From: Bacilli bacterium
Lineage (GTDB): Bacteria; Bacillota_I; Bacilli_A; RF39; UBA660
Assembly (NCBI GenBank): GCA_017450205.1
Contig: JAFSVF010000009.1
Location: 107,491-171,490, forward strand
Direction: 5' to 3'
DNA length: 64,000 nucleotides
Shown: in pieces, positions 1 through 10,255 of the stretch
Layout of the letters: each line of letters opens with the position of its first letter
How positions within the stretch are numbered: the stretch's first letter is position 1
Notes under the pieces: model-generated
What the model was told of the DNA's origin: nothing
What the model saw: the letters and a program-made list of their open reading frames with translations, nothing else
Database searches by the model: none
Translations under genes and position numbers: made by a program

Positions 1-2
1 AT

Positions 3-542
3 ATGACTAAGAGAGGATGGGTAATGGCAAGAATCCCTAGTGGACTTTTCTATTACTTCTTAAATACTCCAGAGTTTAGTGTTAAGTTCCCATTCATACT
101 TAGAACAGATGTTGTTAATAATTATATAGGTACAACAATATTTGAATCTATGCCAGCTGGTTTTTTCTGGTCTAATGCATTATGTATATTAGGACTATTT
201 ATTTATAAGATAAAAAATAGATTTAAAAAGAATAAATTACCTTATATACTAAGTATAATGTTACTAGTATTTGCATTTATAATATCAGTTGTAGATACAG
301 AAATGGCTGGAATATTACCAAGATATATCTTAGACTTTGGATTTATGATTTATACAGCTACTGTAATATCATCATTTAAATTAGAAGAAGAACTTACTAA
401 GAGTAGTTTAAGATTATCTATTTTAAGACTTATATTTATAGCAACTATGATTTCTAGTATTTGTTTCTTACTTACTGACACAACTTTAACTAGATATATG
501 TTCTATTATCAAATAAGACAAATATTTGAATTTTGGGTATAA
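3..542 (+). CDS. Multi-pass membrane protein, probably the C-terminal part of a GT-C-like glycosyltransferase; likely truncated by the window edge
   Basis: Several hydrophobic helices and a PRYILDF loop motif; ORF starts at the window edge. Confidence 0.5.
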   Translation: MTKRGWVMARIPSGLFYYFLNTPEFSVKFPFILRTDVVNNYIGTTIFESMPAGFFWSNALCILGLFIYKIKNRFKKNKLPYILSIMLLVFAFIISVVDTEMAGILPRYILDFGFMIYTATVISSFKLEEELTKSSLRLSILRLIFIATMISSICFLLTDTTLTRYMFYYQIRQIFEFWV

Positions 543-574
543 AATCTACAAGATAATTTCTTGTAGATTTTTTT
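541..574 (+). terminator. Intrinsic terminator
   Basis: AAAATCTACAAGA-TAATT-TCTTGTAGATTTT plus T tract right after the stop codon. Confidence 0.8.
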
Positions 575-633
575 ATAAAAAACTTTCTTTTCGATTTGAA
601 AAATAGTAAAATGTAAATGTATAGTATAGGAAA

Positions 634-2694
634 GTGGAGAGTGAGTTTGTGAGTTTTAGATTTAAAAATATTATATTATCTATAGGATTATTATTTGTTT
701 TTCCTATGGTTGTAAATGCAGAGTTACCAGGTGCTAGAAGTGCTACTAATGAAGCTGGTGATGTATTTCTAGGTGGTAATTATATTGAGGTAGGTATAAG
801 TAAAAGTGGAAGTTTTGGAACGAGTTTAAAAGCTCCTGAAGAATTTCATTCGCATGCTTTATCTGCTTATTCATATAAGCTTGGTTTAATTGCAGACGGT
901 GATGGTTGGGATGTAGGTAATCCTCCTACAAGTGGAGATTTCTTCTTGCCAGGTAATCCTTATGAAGGTTATATTTTTTCATATGTGATGAATGGTAACA
1001 GTTATGTTTATAGAATAGCTGAAAGATCTGGTGATACTTGGGATGGTAAATATTTTACTGCTCCTTCAGTCGTAGATCAATCTGATATTGCTCATAATAA
1101 ATTAAAAGCTGTATTCTCGGTTGTAACAAAAGAAAAAGTAAAGCTAGAGTTAACAATTGAGTTTGGAGTAGATGATGTATATTACTCAACTTTAGTTAAT
1201 GTTATAAATATGAGTGAAAATGAAATAACTGATGTCATTTTTACTAGAGACTTAGATCCTGATAATGATAAAGACTTGAATGGTACTTATGATACATATA
1301 ATAAAGTTCCATGTAATCCTGATACAAGTGTAGAAGGTAGTGCTACTAACTTTGCAATGGTTGTTGCTGTTGGACCAGTTACTTATAACGGTTTCTTCTT
1401 TGTATCATTTGATAATAGGGCTATGGGGTTAATCGGTAATACGGCTCCATCAGGAATTCCAACTTATGCTGATGAATCAGCATTGGAAATTACTTCAAGT
1501 AATGCGAATGGATATTCTCTTATGGATACAAGAATTCAATTACAAACTAAATTAAAAAATTTGAAATCAAATGAAAGTGATGAAACTATTTTTTATTCAT
1601 CTTTAGATCCAAATGTAATTCAATCAATAAGTAAGATTTTAAAAGCAGTTGCTGCTAAAGTAAAAGGGTTAAGTGATACTAGAATAGAAGTAGAAACTCA
1701 GGAAGGTTATGAATATTCAATTGATAATGGTGAGCATTGGCAAGATAGTGGAGTATTTGAAAATCTTGAACCAGGTAAAGAATATGTAGTTTTATCTCGT
1801 ATTAAAGCTACTGAAACTGAAGAAGCTTCTGAACCTGAAGAAACAAAGATTACAACAAAACATTCATCAAAAGAATCTCCAGATTTATCAGAAATTGTTG
1901 TTACTGAAAATGAAGTTGTTATTAAAAGTGATCCTTTGTATGAGTATTCAATAGATAATGGAGAACATTGGCAAGATTCATCTTTATTTACTGGATTAGA
2001 ACCAGATACAGAATATACAATTATTGCTAGAATCAAAGAAACATCTACTGATATGCCAGGATATCCAACTGAACCAATTGTTATACATACTCCTGCTAAA
2101 ATTCAAACAACATTAGATGATGTGGATAATGTTTCTATTGATGTTATTGTTAAAGATGATGCTCCTGGAGTTATTATTCATAAAGGTCTTTTATATGAAT
2201 CTGTTATGGATAATGAGGATGTTAAGAATTATGTAGATGATAATCATGATGTTAAACTTATATTTGATGTTGAAGCAATTCAATTAGATGAAGAAGAATT
2301 AAATGTAGTTAAAGAAAAGTCACTTGGAGATACGATTGCATTTACTGTTAATGCAACTATTAAATTATATGCTGATTCTACTTATGTTAAAGATATAGTT
2401 TCGAGCGATAAAAAGATTACATTTACTTTAAAAGTACCTAATGAATTTGTTAAAAAAGGAAGAAAATTTAGTGTTATTAGAAAACATGTAGGTGAAAACG
2501 ATTATACTGAATATGAAGTATTAACTGATGAAGATAATGATGATACTACAATAACTATTTCTAGTGATAAGTTTTCTGAATTTACAATAATTTATAATGA
2601 TTCTTCGAATCCAAAAACAAGTGATAATTTATTAACATATGTATTTATATTATTTATAAGTGTAAGTGCTTTGTTTATAGTAAAAAGATACTAG
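634..2694 (+). CDS. Secreted, cell-surface-anchored protein with two FN3/Ig-like repeats
   Basis: Signal peptide ending VVNA; two repeats YEYSIDNGEHWQDS..F..LEP..EY....RIK; C-terminal NPKTSD + TM + KRY sorting signal. Confidence 0.75.
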   Translation: MESEFVSFRFKNIILSIGLLFVFPMVVNAELPGARSATNEAGDVFLGGNYIEVGISKSGSFGTSLKAPEEFHSHALSAYSYKLGLIADGDGWDVGNPPTSGDFFLPGNPYEGYIFSYVMNGNSYVYRIAERSGDTWDGKYFTAPSVVDQSDIAHNKLKAVFSVVTKEKVKLELTIEFGVDDVYYSTLVNVINMSENEITDVIFTRDLDPDNDKDLNGTYDTYNKVPCNPDTSVEGSATNFAMVVAVGPVTYNGFFFVSFDNRAMGLIGNTAPSGIPTYADESALEITSSNANGYSLMDTRIQLQTKLKNLKSNESDETIFYSSLDPNVIQSISKILKAVAAKVKGLSDTRIEVETQEGYEYSIDNGEHWQDSGVFENLEPGKEYVVLSRIKATETEEASEPEETKITTKHSSKESPDLSEIVVTENEVVIKSDPLYEYSIDNGEHWQDSSLFTGLEPDTEYTIIARIKETSTDMPGYPTEPIVIHTPAKIQTTLDDVDNVSIDVIVKDDAPGVIIHKGLLYESVMDNEDVKNYVDDNHDVKLIFDVEAIQLDEEELNVVKEKSLGDTIAFTVNATIKLYADSTYVKDIVSSDKKITFTLKVPNEFVKKGRKFSVIRKHVGENDYTEYEVLTDEDNDDTTITISSDKFSEFTIIYNDSSNPKTSDNLLTYVFILFISVSALFIVKRY
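1708..2040 (+). repeat. Two-copy intragenic repeat with a 231 bp (77 aa) period
   Basis: TATGAATATTCAATTGATAATGGTGAGCATTGGCAAGAT at 1708 vs TATGAGTATTCAATAGATAATGGAGAACATTGGCAAGAT at 1939. Confidence 0.8.
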
Positions 2695-2717
2695 AAGAAA
2701 ACTTCTAGTACTTTTTT
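2689..2717 (+). terminator. Intrinsic terminator
   Basis: TACTAGAAG-AAAA-CTTCTAGTA plus T tract. Confidence 0.8.
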
Positions 2718-2855
2718 ATAATAGATTAGGTAGTGATACAGAATTTATAGAAATGGAAATGAATTAAAAAATACAGGTTTTAACTGAAGTTGTAAGATAA
2801 AAGTGTACACTAAAAAAAGTGTATGCTTTTATTTTGTTATAATTAAATAAAGGAG

Positions 2856-3212
2856 ATGATCAAAATGGCAAAAAAAGGACAAAAATTTAATCGATGGACA
2901 CCAGAAGAAAAATACAATATTATAAAACCTTTATTAAATATGGAAAAAGGAACTTATTCATATTCAAAAGAAATAGGTATAAATTCTGGATTACTCTATG
3001 CTTGGATTAAAAAATATAGAGAAAACGGAATGAAAGGCTTAGAAAATAAAAGAAAACCAGGCAATCCAATGTGCAAATATTTTTCAAAAAAAAATCTAAC
3101 TAAAGAAGAACAATTAGAATATGAAAATATGAAACTAAGAATCGAGAACGAAATGTTAAAAAAAGGATTCCTAATGAAAGAAGATGGTACGTATGTAAAA
3201 TTCATGAAATAA
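2856..3212 (+). CDS. IS3 transposase OrfA (HTH)
   Basis: HTH with WIKKYRENG and coiled coil ENMKLRIENEMLKK; inside the IS IRs. Confidence 0.9.
   Translation: MIKMAKKGQKFNRWTPEEKYNIIKPLLNMEKGTYSYSKEIGINSGLLYAWIKKYRENGMKGLENKRKPGNPMCKYFSKKNLTKEEQLEYENMKLRIENEMLKKGFLMKEDGTYVKFMK
3158..3164 (+). other. -1 programmed frameshift site (A AAA AAA) joining orfA and orfB
   Basis: TTA AAA AAA GGA in orfA; the -1 frame is open from 3125 and reads LCKILKVSRSGYYKW into orfB. Confidence 0.8.
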
Positions 3213-3331
3213 CACAAGCCAAATTTGAAATAATAGAATTATTAAGTAAAGAATATAATATCAAATCTTTATGTAAAATATTAAAGGTTTCTAGATCTGG
3301 TTATTATAAATGGTTAAAGAATAAAGATATA

Positions 3332-4099
3332 TTGAATAATTATGAATTAGTCCGAATAAATTTAGGAGAAATGATTAAAGACATACATAAAAGAAAACCA
3401 AGTTATGGATATCATAGAATAAATGCAATAATCAGACGTGATATAGGTTGGGTTGTATCAGATAATTTGGTTCATAAAGTATGTAAAATATTAAAAATAA
3501 AATCTAAAGCAAAGCATTATAAATATAAACCAGCTGGTGAAGAGTCTATTAAATATTCAAATATTGTTAATGGCAATTGGAATGTATCGAGACCATTTGA
3601 AATTATAGTTTCAGATACAACTACAATTGGCTTTAAAGGAAAACCATACGATTGGACATTTTACTTGGATGTGTTTAATAATGAAATTGTTGGTTATGAT
3701 GTAAGAGAATCAATGCACGGTAATGGCGTTTTAAATCATCGTGAAGCATTAAACGATATGTTAAAAAACAAAATAAAAAGAGGATACGAAAACCTTGAGA
3801 CTATTGTTCACACAGATCAAGGAGCTGTTTATTCCTCAGTGTCATTTAACAATATGTTTAATTCTTACAATATCAAACGCTCAATGTCTAGAGCTGGAAC
3901 ACCAACCGACAATCCTGTTATTGAATCTAAAAATGGTTGGATGAAAAAAGAAATGCATATTGATTTTGACAAAAATAATTATAACACAGTTCAAGAATTT
4001 ATTGATGATATTGTTTGGGACAATAACAATTATCGACCAAGTTTTGCTTTACAATATAAAAACCCAGTTGAGTATAGAACTCAACTAGGTTTTAAATAG
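3332..4099 (+). CDS. IS3 transposase OrfB (DDE integrase core); the frame extends upstream to the frameshift
   Basis: SDTT, HTDQG and SRAGTPTDNPVIES DDE motifs. Confidence 0.92.
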   Translation: MNNYELVRINLGEMIKDIHKRKPSYGYHRINAIIRRDIGWVVSDNLVHKVCKILKIKSKAKHYKYKPAGEESIKYSNIVNGNWNVSRPFEIIVSDTTTIGFKGKPYDWTFYLDVFNNEIVGYDVRESMHGNGVLNHREALNDMLKNKIKRGYENLETIVHTDQGAVYSSVSFNNMFNSYNIKRSMSRAGTPTDNPVIESKNGWMKKEMHIDFDKNNYNTVQEFIDDIVWDNNNYRPSFALQYKNPVEYRTQLGFK

Positions 4100-4156
4100 T
4101 CTTTTTAGTGTCTACTTTTCATTGACAACTTCAGTTTTAACCTGTATTTTTTTTTA

Positions 4157-5500
4157 TTATTCAACTTTATGATCGTTTACTACAAGTCCAGTAGCAACTG
4201 GTCTAGTTACATTTTTAAGGCTTCCATTGATAGGTCTTGAAATTGTAACTCCTTTTTCAACCATTACTGTTGATGTTCCACCATCTAGTGCTGCTGCATT
4301 AATAGCTCCATAATGTGTCATTATGTCTGTTAAATCTTTCATGCTAGCGCCACTAGTTCTTGTTTCATTTGAGTCTACTACTAGAAGTAGGGTAACACCA
4401 TCAATTCTTTGACCAACTGCTGTTCTTGCAGCATAACCATAACCACCATTTCCTTTAGTAAATGAAGGAACTCCATTAACTATTAAGAAAGGTACTGATG
4501 TAACACAATCTCTAACTCCTAATTCTAGAAGTTCTTGTGCTGATTTATTTTTATATAGTACTAATATATTATCTTTATTAAATCCGATTGTACCCCAACC
4601 AGTGCCTTCGTAATCATGATCTGTTATTATTTTACGTTTTTGAATAGTAACTCCAGCTGGATTATTACCGTTACTTTTATTTGTTGGATCTATAAATCTA
4701 CCACCATTAACTGCTACTAGAGCATTTGTTCTTTTAGCCATATCTACAATGTATTCACCACTATAAGGAAATTTACCACTAGTTAAGAATTCACAGTAGG
4801 CAGGATCATATACAACTGCTAAGTAAGCATTTTGTCCATTTACTTTAAATCTTAGTATTCTATATATTTCATCTTTAGTATGATTCTTAAACATTAGAAC
4901 TTCATATTCATTATTTTCATCATATTCAAATGAATTATCTAAGTTATATTTAATTAAATTTGTATTCATTTCTTCATTAGGTTCGATTAGATAGTTTTGA
5001 CTTAATAAGTTATTTATATAAGCATCACTATAAAATATTTTACATAAGTATTGATGATTCATTGTTTCCATTGCTGTGGTTATTAACCATTCTCTAAACT
5101 TAGGTAATGGTCCATATAATAGATTAATAAATATTATACATCCTAAAACATATAGAATAGTTATTGTATTAAGTATCCATCTTTTAAGAGGAAGTTTTAG
5201 ATTAGTGTCTAATTTTACATAACCTACAATGAAGTAGAGAAATGCTATAAAACTTATAATAAATAGAATAAAGAATATCCATTTGCATACTGAATTAAAT
5301 AAGTAATTACTATGACAAGAAATTATAAATAAAACTAAGAATGTTGAGTTAATTATTAAGAAGAATCTAGATAGTCTTAATTTACTTTGTTTTTTCTTTA
5401 ATAGTAGTTTTTTTAATTTTTCTAGTTTTTTAGATTTATTATATTTAGTTTTACGTTTTTTAATTGTTTTCTTTTCTTTTATTTCTTCCATAATTATCAC
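4157..5500 (-). CDS. Membrane-anchored phosphodiester glycosidase (NAGPA/EpsL-like) family protein
   Basis: AVNGGRF, ARTAVGQRIDG..LLLVVD and AAALDGGTST motifs; three N-terminal TMs. Confidence 0.85.
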   Translation of the reverse strand: MIIMEEIKEKKTIKKRKTKYNKSKKLEKLKKLLLKKKQSKLRLSRFFLIINSTFLVLFIISCHSNYLFNSVCKWIFFILFIISFIAFLYFIVGYVKLDTNLKLPLKRWILNTITILYVLGCIIFINLLYGPLPKFREWLITTAMETMNHQYLCKIFYSDAYINNLLSQNYLIEPNEEMNTNLIKYNLDNSFEYDENNEYEVLMFKNHTKDEIYRILRFKVNGQNAYLAVVYDPAYCEFLTSGKFPYSGEYIVDMAKRTNALVAVNGGRFIDPTNKSNGNNPAGVTIQKRKIITDHDYEGTGWGTIGFNKDNILVLYKNKSAQELLELGVRDCVTSVPFLIVNGVPSFTKGNGGYGYAARTAVGQRIDGVTLLLVVDSNETRTSGASMKDLTDIMTHYGAINAAALDGGTSTVMVEKGVTISRPINGSLKNVTRPVATGLVVNDHKVE

Positions 5501-5589
5501 TATTTAATTATAACATGATATATGTAAATAACCACTATGTTTACTTAAAGTTTATGTTATAATTTAATAGTATTGTAGGTGAAGGTGTT

Positions 5590-6534
5590 ATGAAAATAAG
5601 AGATTATATTGATGCTGGAAAATCAAAAGATGAAATTTTTAATTTTATTATATATGTGTTCCCAATTTATATACTTAAACTTCTTTTTGAAGATTTTATT
5701 TTCTTATCTAATTTTTTAGATTATGCAATAAAACATGTTTGGCCTGCGTTATTATTGTTAATTGGAGTTGTTATATTATATTTTATATTAACTAATTTAT
5801 TGTTTTTATTATTTGGATTTATTTTATATTTATTTTCTAAAAGTGAGAATTTTGAAAAGATAGTTAAAAGGGCTTTAATTTTTCTTTTACTTTTGCCTTT
5901 TATAGGTTTTTTCTTTGTAAAATTATTTGAATTATTTGGTTTTATATCATTTAAAGCACAAGGTAATGTGTTAACTACTGCTTATGTATTTGTTGGTATT
6001 GGTGTTGTAGTTACTTTAATAGTTATTTTTAGAAGTTATATTGTTAAATTTTTTAAATATATAGGTTCTGCTATTTCTGATTTCTATAAATCAGAAAAAT
6101 ATTTAAAAGTTATTCCTATTGCTTGTGCATTATTAAGTGGAAGCTATTTTTATAGATTGATAACAATAGAAGCTGAGAGAATGAAGTTCGATTTAAACTA
6201 TAATGATAATTTAACTACTTATGTGCTTTGTTTGGTTATAGTTCCTTTTTTAGTATATTTTTTATCAGGAACTATTTTTTATAAAATATATGATAAATTT
6301 AAATCTGATAAATTAAAAATTATAATTAAAGTAATTAATATTATTATTTATATAATTGCATTTTTCTTTGTTGGTTCTTTTATTATCAAGGTTTTTAGTC
6401 CTAGTGCACTTGTATCAAATGGACTTTTATTATTTTTTGGTATTTTATTAGGACTTGAGATTACATTATTCTTTTTTATTTATAAAAGTGTTCTAGAAAT
6501 AATTAGACTTGTTAGAGGTGATTCTTATGAGTAA
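5590..6534 (+). CDS. Polytopic membrane protein of unknown function
   Basis: About 8 hydrophobic segments; RBS AAGGTG. Confidence 0.65.
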   Translation: MKIRDYIDAGKSKDEIFNFIIYVFPIYILKLLFEDFIFLSNFLDYAIKHVWPALLLLIGVVILYFILTNLLFLLFGFILYLFSKSENFEKIVKRALIFLLLLPFIGFFFVKLFELFGFISFKAQGNVLTTAYVFVGIGVVVTLIVIFRSYIVKFFKYIGSAISDFYKSEKYLKVIPIACALLSGSYFYRLITIEAERMKFDLNYNDNLTTYVLCLVIVPFLVYFLSGTIFYKIYDKFKSDKLKIIIKVINIIIYIIAFFFVGSFIIKVFSPSALVSNGLLLFFGILLGLEITLFFFIYKSVLEIIRLVRGDSYE

Positions 6535-7540
6535 GAATAGAATAGGTATTATATATTTTTATGTTCATTATGTAGTTGAAGTATTATCATTCTTCTTTTT
6601 ATATTCTAATTATAAAAGTAGTTATGTATGGTTAATACCACTAGTATATGATTCATTTGCTTTTGTACCTCAAAGTTTAATTGGATATGTATCAGATAAA
6701 TATAAAAAGATTAATATGGGATTAATTGGAATTGCTTTATTCTTTATAGGTTACTTATTCTTTTTATATACAAAAGTTAATATATTTGTTCCACTTTTAA
6801 TTATTTGTTTAGGTAATGCATTCTTACATGTAGATGGAGCAGAGAACACTATTAGGTTTGGTAATGGTAAGCTTTCTAACGTTGCAATATTTGTTGCAGG
6901 TGGATCTTTTGGAGTTTTATCAGGAAGATTACTTGTAAATAATCTTAATACGCCTGAAGTTTTATTTTTACCCTTAATTTCTTTAATACCACTAGTTATT
7001 ATGTGTAATGATGAAACTAGAGACTTAAAAGGATATAAAAAGTATGATTATGTTAAAGAATCTGTTAATGGATTGGTTGCAATATTAATTGCATTCTTAA
7101 TTGTTATTATTAGAGGATATATGGGATATGGAATTCCTACATCTTGGAATAAAACAACATTTGAGATGATACTTTTATTTTCATCAATGGGAATAGGTAA
7201 AGCATTAGGTGGAATATTAAGTGATAAGTATGGTATTAAAAGAATAGCGCTTATTAGTACTTTGGGTTCAATTCCATTCCTTTGCTTCGGAGATAAAATA
7301 ATGCTTATTTCATTACTTGGTATATGTAGTTTTTCAATGACTATGTCTATTACTTTAGGAATTATACTTTCTGTTTTAAAGAATAAACCTGGTTTATCTT
7401 TTGGTATAACAACAATTGGATTATTCTTAGGTACACTACCAATATTCTTTATTAAATTATCATTTATATATAATGTAATTATGATTATAGTATTTTCTAG
7501 TATATGTGCATATTTACTTACTAGAATATTAAAGGAGTAA
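6527..7540 (+). CDS. MFS-like membrane transporter
   Basis: GYVSDK and GGILSDKYG MFS loop motifs, many TMs; likely start MSKN overlaps the previous stop. Confidence 0.7.
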   Translation: MSKNRIGIIYFYVHYVVEVLSFFFLYSNYKSSYVWLIPLVYDSFAFVPQSLIGYVSDKYKKINMGLIGIALFFIGYLFFLYTKVNIFVPLLIICLGNAFLHVDGAENTIRFGNGKLSNVAIFVAGGSFGVLSGRLLVNNLNTPEVLFLPLISLIPLVIMCNDETRDLKGYKKYDYVKESVNGLVAILIAFLIVIIRGYMGYGIPTSWNKTTFEMILLFSSMGIGKALGGILSDKYGIKRIALISTLGSIPFLCFGDKIMLISLLGICSFSMTMSITLGIILSVLKNKPGLSFGITTIGLFLGTLPIFFIKLSFIYNVIMIIVFSSICAYLLTRILKE

Positions 7541-7544
7541 TATT

Positions 7545-7679
7545 ATGAGTTTTATATTTAATTCTATTTTTATTAAAAATTATGAAATATTATTTATAAT
7601 TCTTTCAATAATTACTATAATTATAATTGGTATAACAATATATTTAGTTATTAAAGAGGTTAATAATGGGAATAGATAA
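7545..7679 (+). CDS. Small single-TM protein (44 aa), absent from the ORF track
   Basis: RBS AAGGAG then MSFIFNSIFIKNYEILFIILSIITIIIIGITIYLVIKEVNNGNR; fills the operon gap and overlaps the next start. Confidence 0.6.
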   Translation: MSFIFNSIFIKNYEILFIILSIITIIIIGITIYLVIKEVNNGNR

Positions 7680-8022
7680 TATACCAATCACTATGGTAGT
7701 TTGTTTAAGTCTTACGATTATTTTAGAAACTTTATTGGCTTTTCTAATTGGAGTAAGAAAGAAAGATTTGATATTTGTGGTTTTAGCACAAGTAGTTACA
7801 AATCCAATTGTAGTAACAGTACCGTATTTAATATTTATATTATTTGGTTATAAAAACTATTTAATATCTATTTATGTTTTAGAAGTATTAGCATTTTTAG
7901 TTGAAGGACTAATTTATTCTAAAAGTTTAAGAAATAAGAAAATAAATCCATTTCTTTTATCTTTAATATTAAATGTATGTTCATATGGATTTGGATTATT
8001 AATGAATGGAGTTTGGCAATGA
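7666..8022 (+). CDS. Small 4-TM membrane protein
   Basis: Hydrophobic with an intramembrane Glu and VTNP motif; RBS GAGGT. Confidence 0.7.
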   Translation: MGIDNIPITMVVCLSLTIILETLLAFLIGVRKKDLIFVVLAQVVTNPIVVTVPYLIFILFGYKNYLISIYVLEVLAFLVEGLIYSKSLRNKKINPFLLSLILNVCSYGFGLLMNGVWQ

Positions 8023-8207
8023 AAAAATTAAAGTTTCTTTTATTAAGTTTATTATTAGTACCTATTACTAGTAAAGCTGATGTAATAAGTGATATTAGTG
8101 AAACTAGTAATAATAGTCAAATATTTATTTTTATTGGTATATTATTTACAGCAATACTAGTTACTGTTGTAATTACTATATTAAGATCAAGAAAGGATAA
8201 GAAATAA
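8019..8207 (+). CDS. Small protein: signal peptide, short linker and C-terminal TM anchor (62 aa)
   Basis: ATGA overlap with the upstream stop; MKKLKFLLLSLLLVPITSKA-D signal, then TM and basic tail. Confidence 0.6.
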   Translation: MKKLKFLLLSLLLVPITSKADVISDISETSNNSQIFIFIGILFTAILVTVVITILRSRKDKK

Positions 8208-9481
8208 TGAAAAAAATATTTAAGATTTTATTAATATGTATGTTTTTAATTCCATTTGCAGTTAGTGCTGATATGGGTGCTCCTTATATTAAACCAATTG
8301 AAGCTGTAATTACTAAGAAGGGTGGAATTACTGCTAAAGACTATTCTGGTAAAACAAAACATTTTGCTGAAAATGAAGTTGTTTTAGTAACTGGTGTAGG
8401 TAATGAGATAAATATCATTACAAAGAGTAATGATTATTATGATGTTAGTAGTAGTGATATTAAATATATTATCCCTAAAACTAGTGAAGTTAAACCTGGA
8501 GATGATGGAGTAAATAAACTTCAAAAACAAAGAGAGTTTGAAGTAGTTATTGATGAAATTAAAGTTTATAAAGGACCTTCAATCGTATTTCCTGAAGTTG
8601 GTACTTTTAAAAAAGGAACTCAATTAACTGCTTTTTATGAAATGGAAACACCTGAAGCTTTTAGTGAGTGGTTTTATATTCAAGAAGAATCTTTAAGTGG
8701 CTGGATTCAAATCCAAGGTGATGGTGATAATAGTTATCCAGTTTATGAAGTAAATGCTAAACCATTAAAAGTATTATTTACTAGTAATGTTACACTTAAT
8801 GGTGTTGAAATTAAAGAAAATAGTATTTATAAAATCTATTATTGGAGTAATCCTTATTTAACAATTGGACCAGTTATAAAAATAAATAATGATTTTTTAG
8901 ATGTTACAAATGAAAAAGTTGAAATTATTTCTGATTCTAAAAAAGTAACTGGATTATTTCATATGACTCAATTTAATTTTAGCCTTAAAAAAGATACTAA
9001 ATTATATTCAGATTATAAATTAAGTGATGAAATTACAATAATACCAGCTGGTACTAAGTTATCAAATATTAATCTTTTACCTGATTATGTATTTGGTGAT
9101 GAAAATGAAAATTTTATTATTTATGTATCATATAATAACAAATTAGGTTGGATTAAAGTAAATGACAAAGGTGTTGAAAATATAGAAATAGATAATGATG
9201 AGTTAGTTAGTCCTTATATTGATCCTGAAGGCGATGATGGAGAAGAAGATGAAGAACAAACTACTGAACTTGCGGTTGTAGAAGAACCTAAAAAAGGAAA
9301 AAAATTAATAGATAAGAATACTATTATAATTTCTGTTGTAGTTGCTGTAAGTGCTGCTGTTATAGCATTCTCATCAATTGTTTTACTTAATAAAAAGAAC
9401 AAAAAAGATACTTTATCGGAAATTAATGAAGAATTAAGTAAAACTCAAAGTATTAAAATTAATAATAATGATGAAAAATAG
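8207..9481 (+). CDS. Secreted protein with SH3b-like segments and a C-terminal TM anchor
   Basis: Signal peptide VSA-D; VYKGPS...VGTFKKG...WFYI...GWI and YVSYNNKLGWI SH3-like patterns; C-terminal TM. Confidence 0.65.
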   Translation: MKKIFKILLICMFLIPFAVSADMGAPYIKPIEAVITKKGGITAKDYSGKTKHFAENEVVLVTGVGNEINIITKSNDYYDVSSSDIKYIIPKTSEVKPGDDGVNKLQKQREFEVVIDEIKVYKGPSIVFPEVGTFKKGTQLTAFYEMETPEAFSEWFYIQEESLSGWIQIQGDGDNSYPVYEVNAKPLKVLFTSNVTLNGVEIKENSIYKIYYWSNPYLTIGPVIKINNDFLDVTNEKVEIISDSKKVTGLFHMTQFNFSLKKDTKLYSDYKLSDEITIIPAGTKLSNINLLPDYVFGDENENFIIYVSYNNKLGWIKVNDKGVENIEIDNDELVSPYIDPEGDDGEEDEEQTTELAVVEEPKKGKKLIDKNTIIISVVVAVSAAVIAFSSIVLLNKKNKKDTLSEINEELSKTQSIKINNNDEK

Positions 9482-9549
9482 ATAGACAGGATTATTTCCT
9501 GTTTTTCTTTTTTAAAAATGCTATAATAATAAATAGTAGGAGGATTGTT

Positions 9550-10254
9550 ATGATTGAAATTAAAAATGTAACAAAAAAATATGGGAATAATATTGCCGTA
9601 AATGATGTCTCTTTCAAAGTTGGAGATGGAGAAATATTTGCATTTATTGGACACAATGGAGCAGGTAAAACAACTTTAATTAAATGTATTACAGGTATTC
9701 AAGAATTTGATTCTGGAGATATTTTGATTAATGGTAAATCTATAAAAAAAGATTCAGTTGAATGTAAAAAAGAGATGGCTTTTGTTCCAGATAATCCTGA
9801 ACTTTATGAACAAATGAAAGCAATTGATTATATTAATTTTATTTGTGATATGTATGAAGTTAATGATGAAGATAGACAAAAATCTATTAAAAAATATGCT
9901 GAATTATTTGAAATAGAAGATAAGCTTAATGATACACTTGAGTCTTACTCACATGGTATGAAACAAAAGATTGCTCTTATTAGTGCACTTGTACATAATC
10001 CAAAAGTTTTAATAATGGATGAACCATTTGTAGGTTTAGATCCTAAAGCTGTATTTGATGTTAAAAAGATTATGAAAGATTTAACTAAGGAAGGTACTAC
10101 AATTTTCTTTTCAACTCATATCTTAGAGGTTGCAGAAAAACTTTGTTCTAGAGTTGCTATTATTAAAAAGGGTGAATTAGTAAGTATTGGTACTATGAAA
10201 GAAGTTAAAGGTGACAAATCACTAGAAAAAGTCTTCTTAGAATTAGAGGATTAA
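9550..10254 (+). CDS. ABC transporter ATP-binding protein (ABC-2 type)
   Basis: GHNGAGKTT, YSHGMKQK, IMDEP. Confidence 0.95.
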   Translation: MIEIKNVTKKYGNNIAVNDVSFKVGDGEIFAFIGHNGAGKTTLIKCITGIQEFDSGDILINGKSIKKDSVECKKEMAFVPDNPELYEQMKAIDYINFICDMYEVNDEDRQKSIKKYAELFEIEDKLNDTLESYSHGMKQKIALISALVHNPKVLIMDEPFVGLDPKAVFDVKKIMKDLTKEGTTIFFSTHILEVAEKLCSRVAIIKKGELVSIGTMKEVKGDKSLEKVFLELED

Positions 10255-10255
10255 A

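Larger units (their letters stand above)
2785..4133 (+). mobile_element. IS3 family (IS150-like) insertion sequence, 1349 bp, apparently intact
   Basis: Terminal IRs TGAAGTTGTAAGATAAAAGTGTACACTAAAAA and (reverse complement of right end) TGAAGTTGTCAATGAAAAGTAGACACTAAAAA; TG...CA ends; GTTTTAAC on both flanks; orfA + orfB. Confidence 0.95.
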
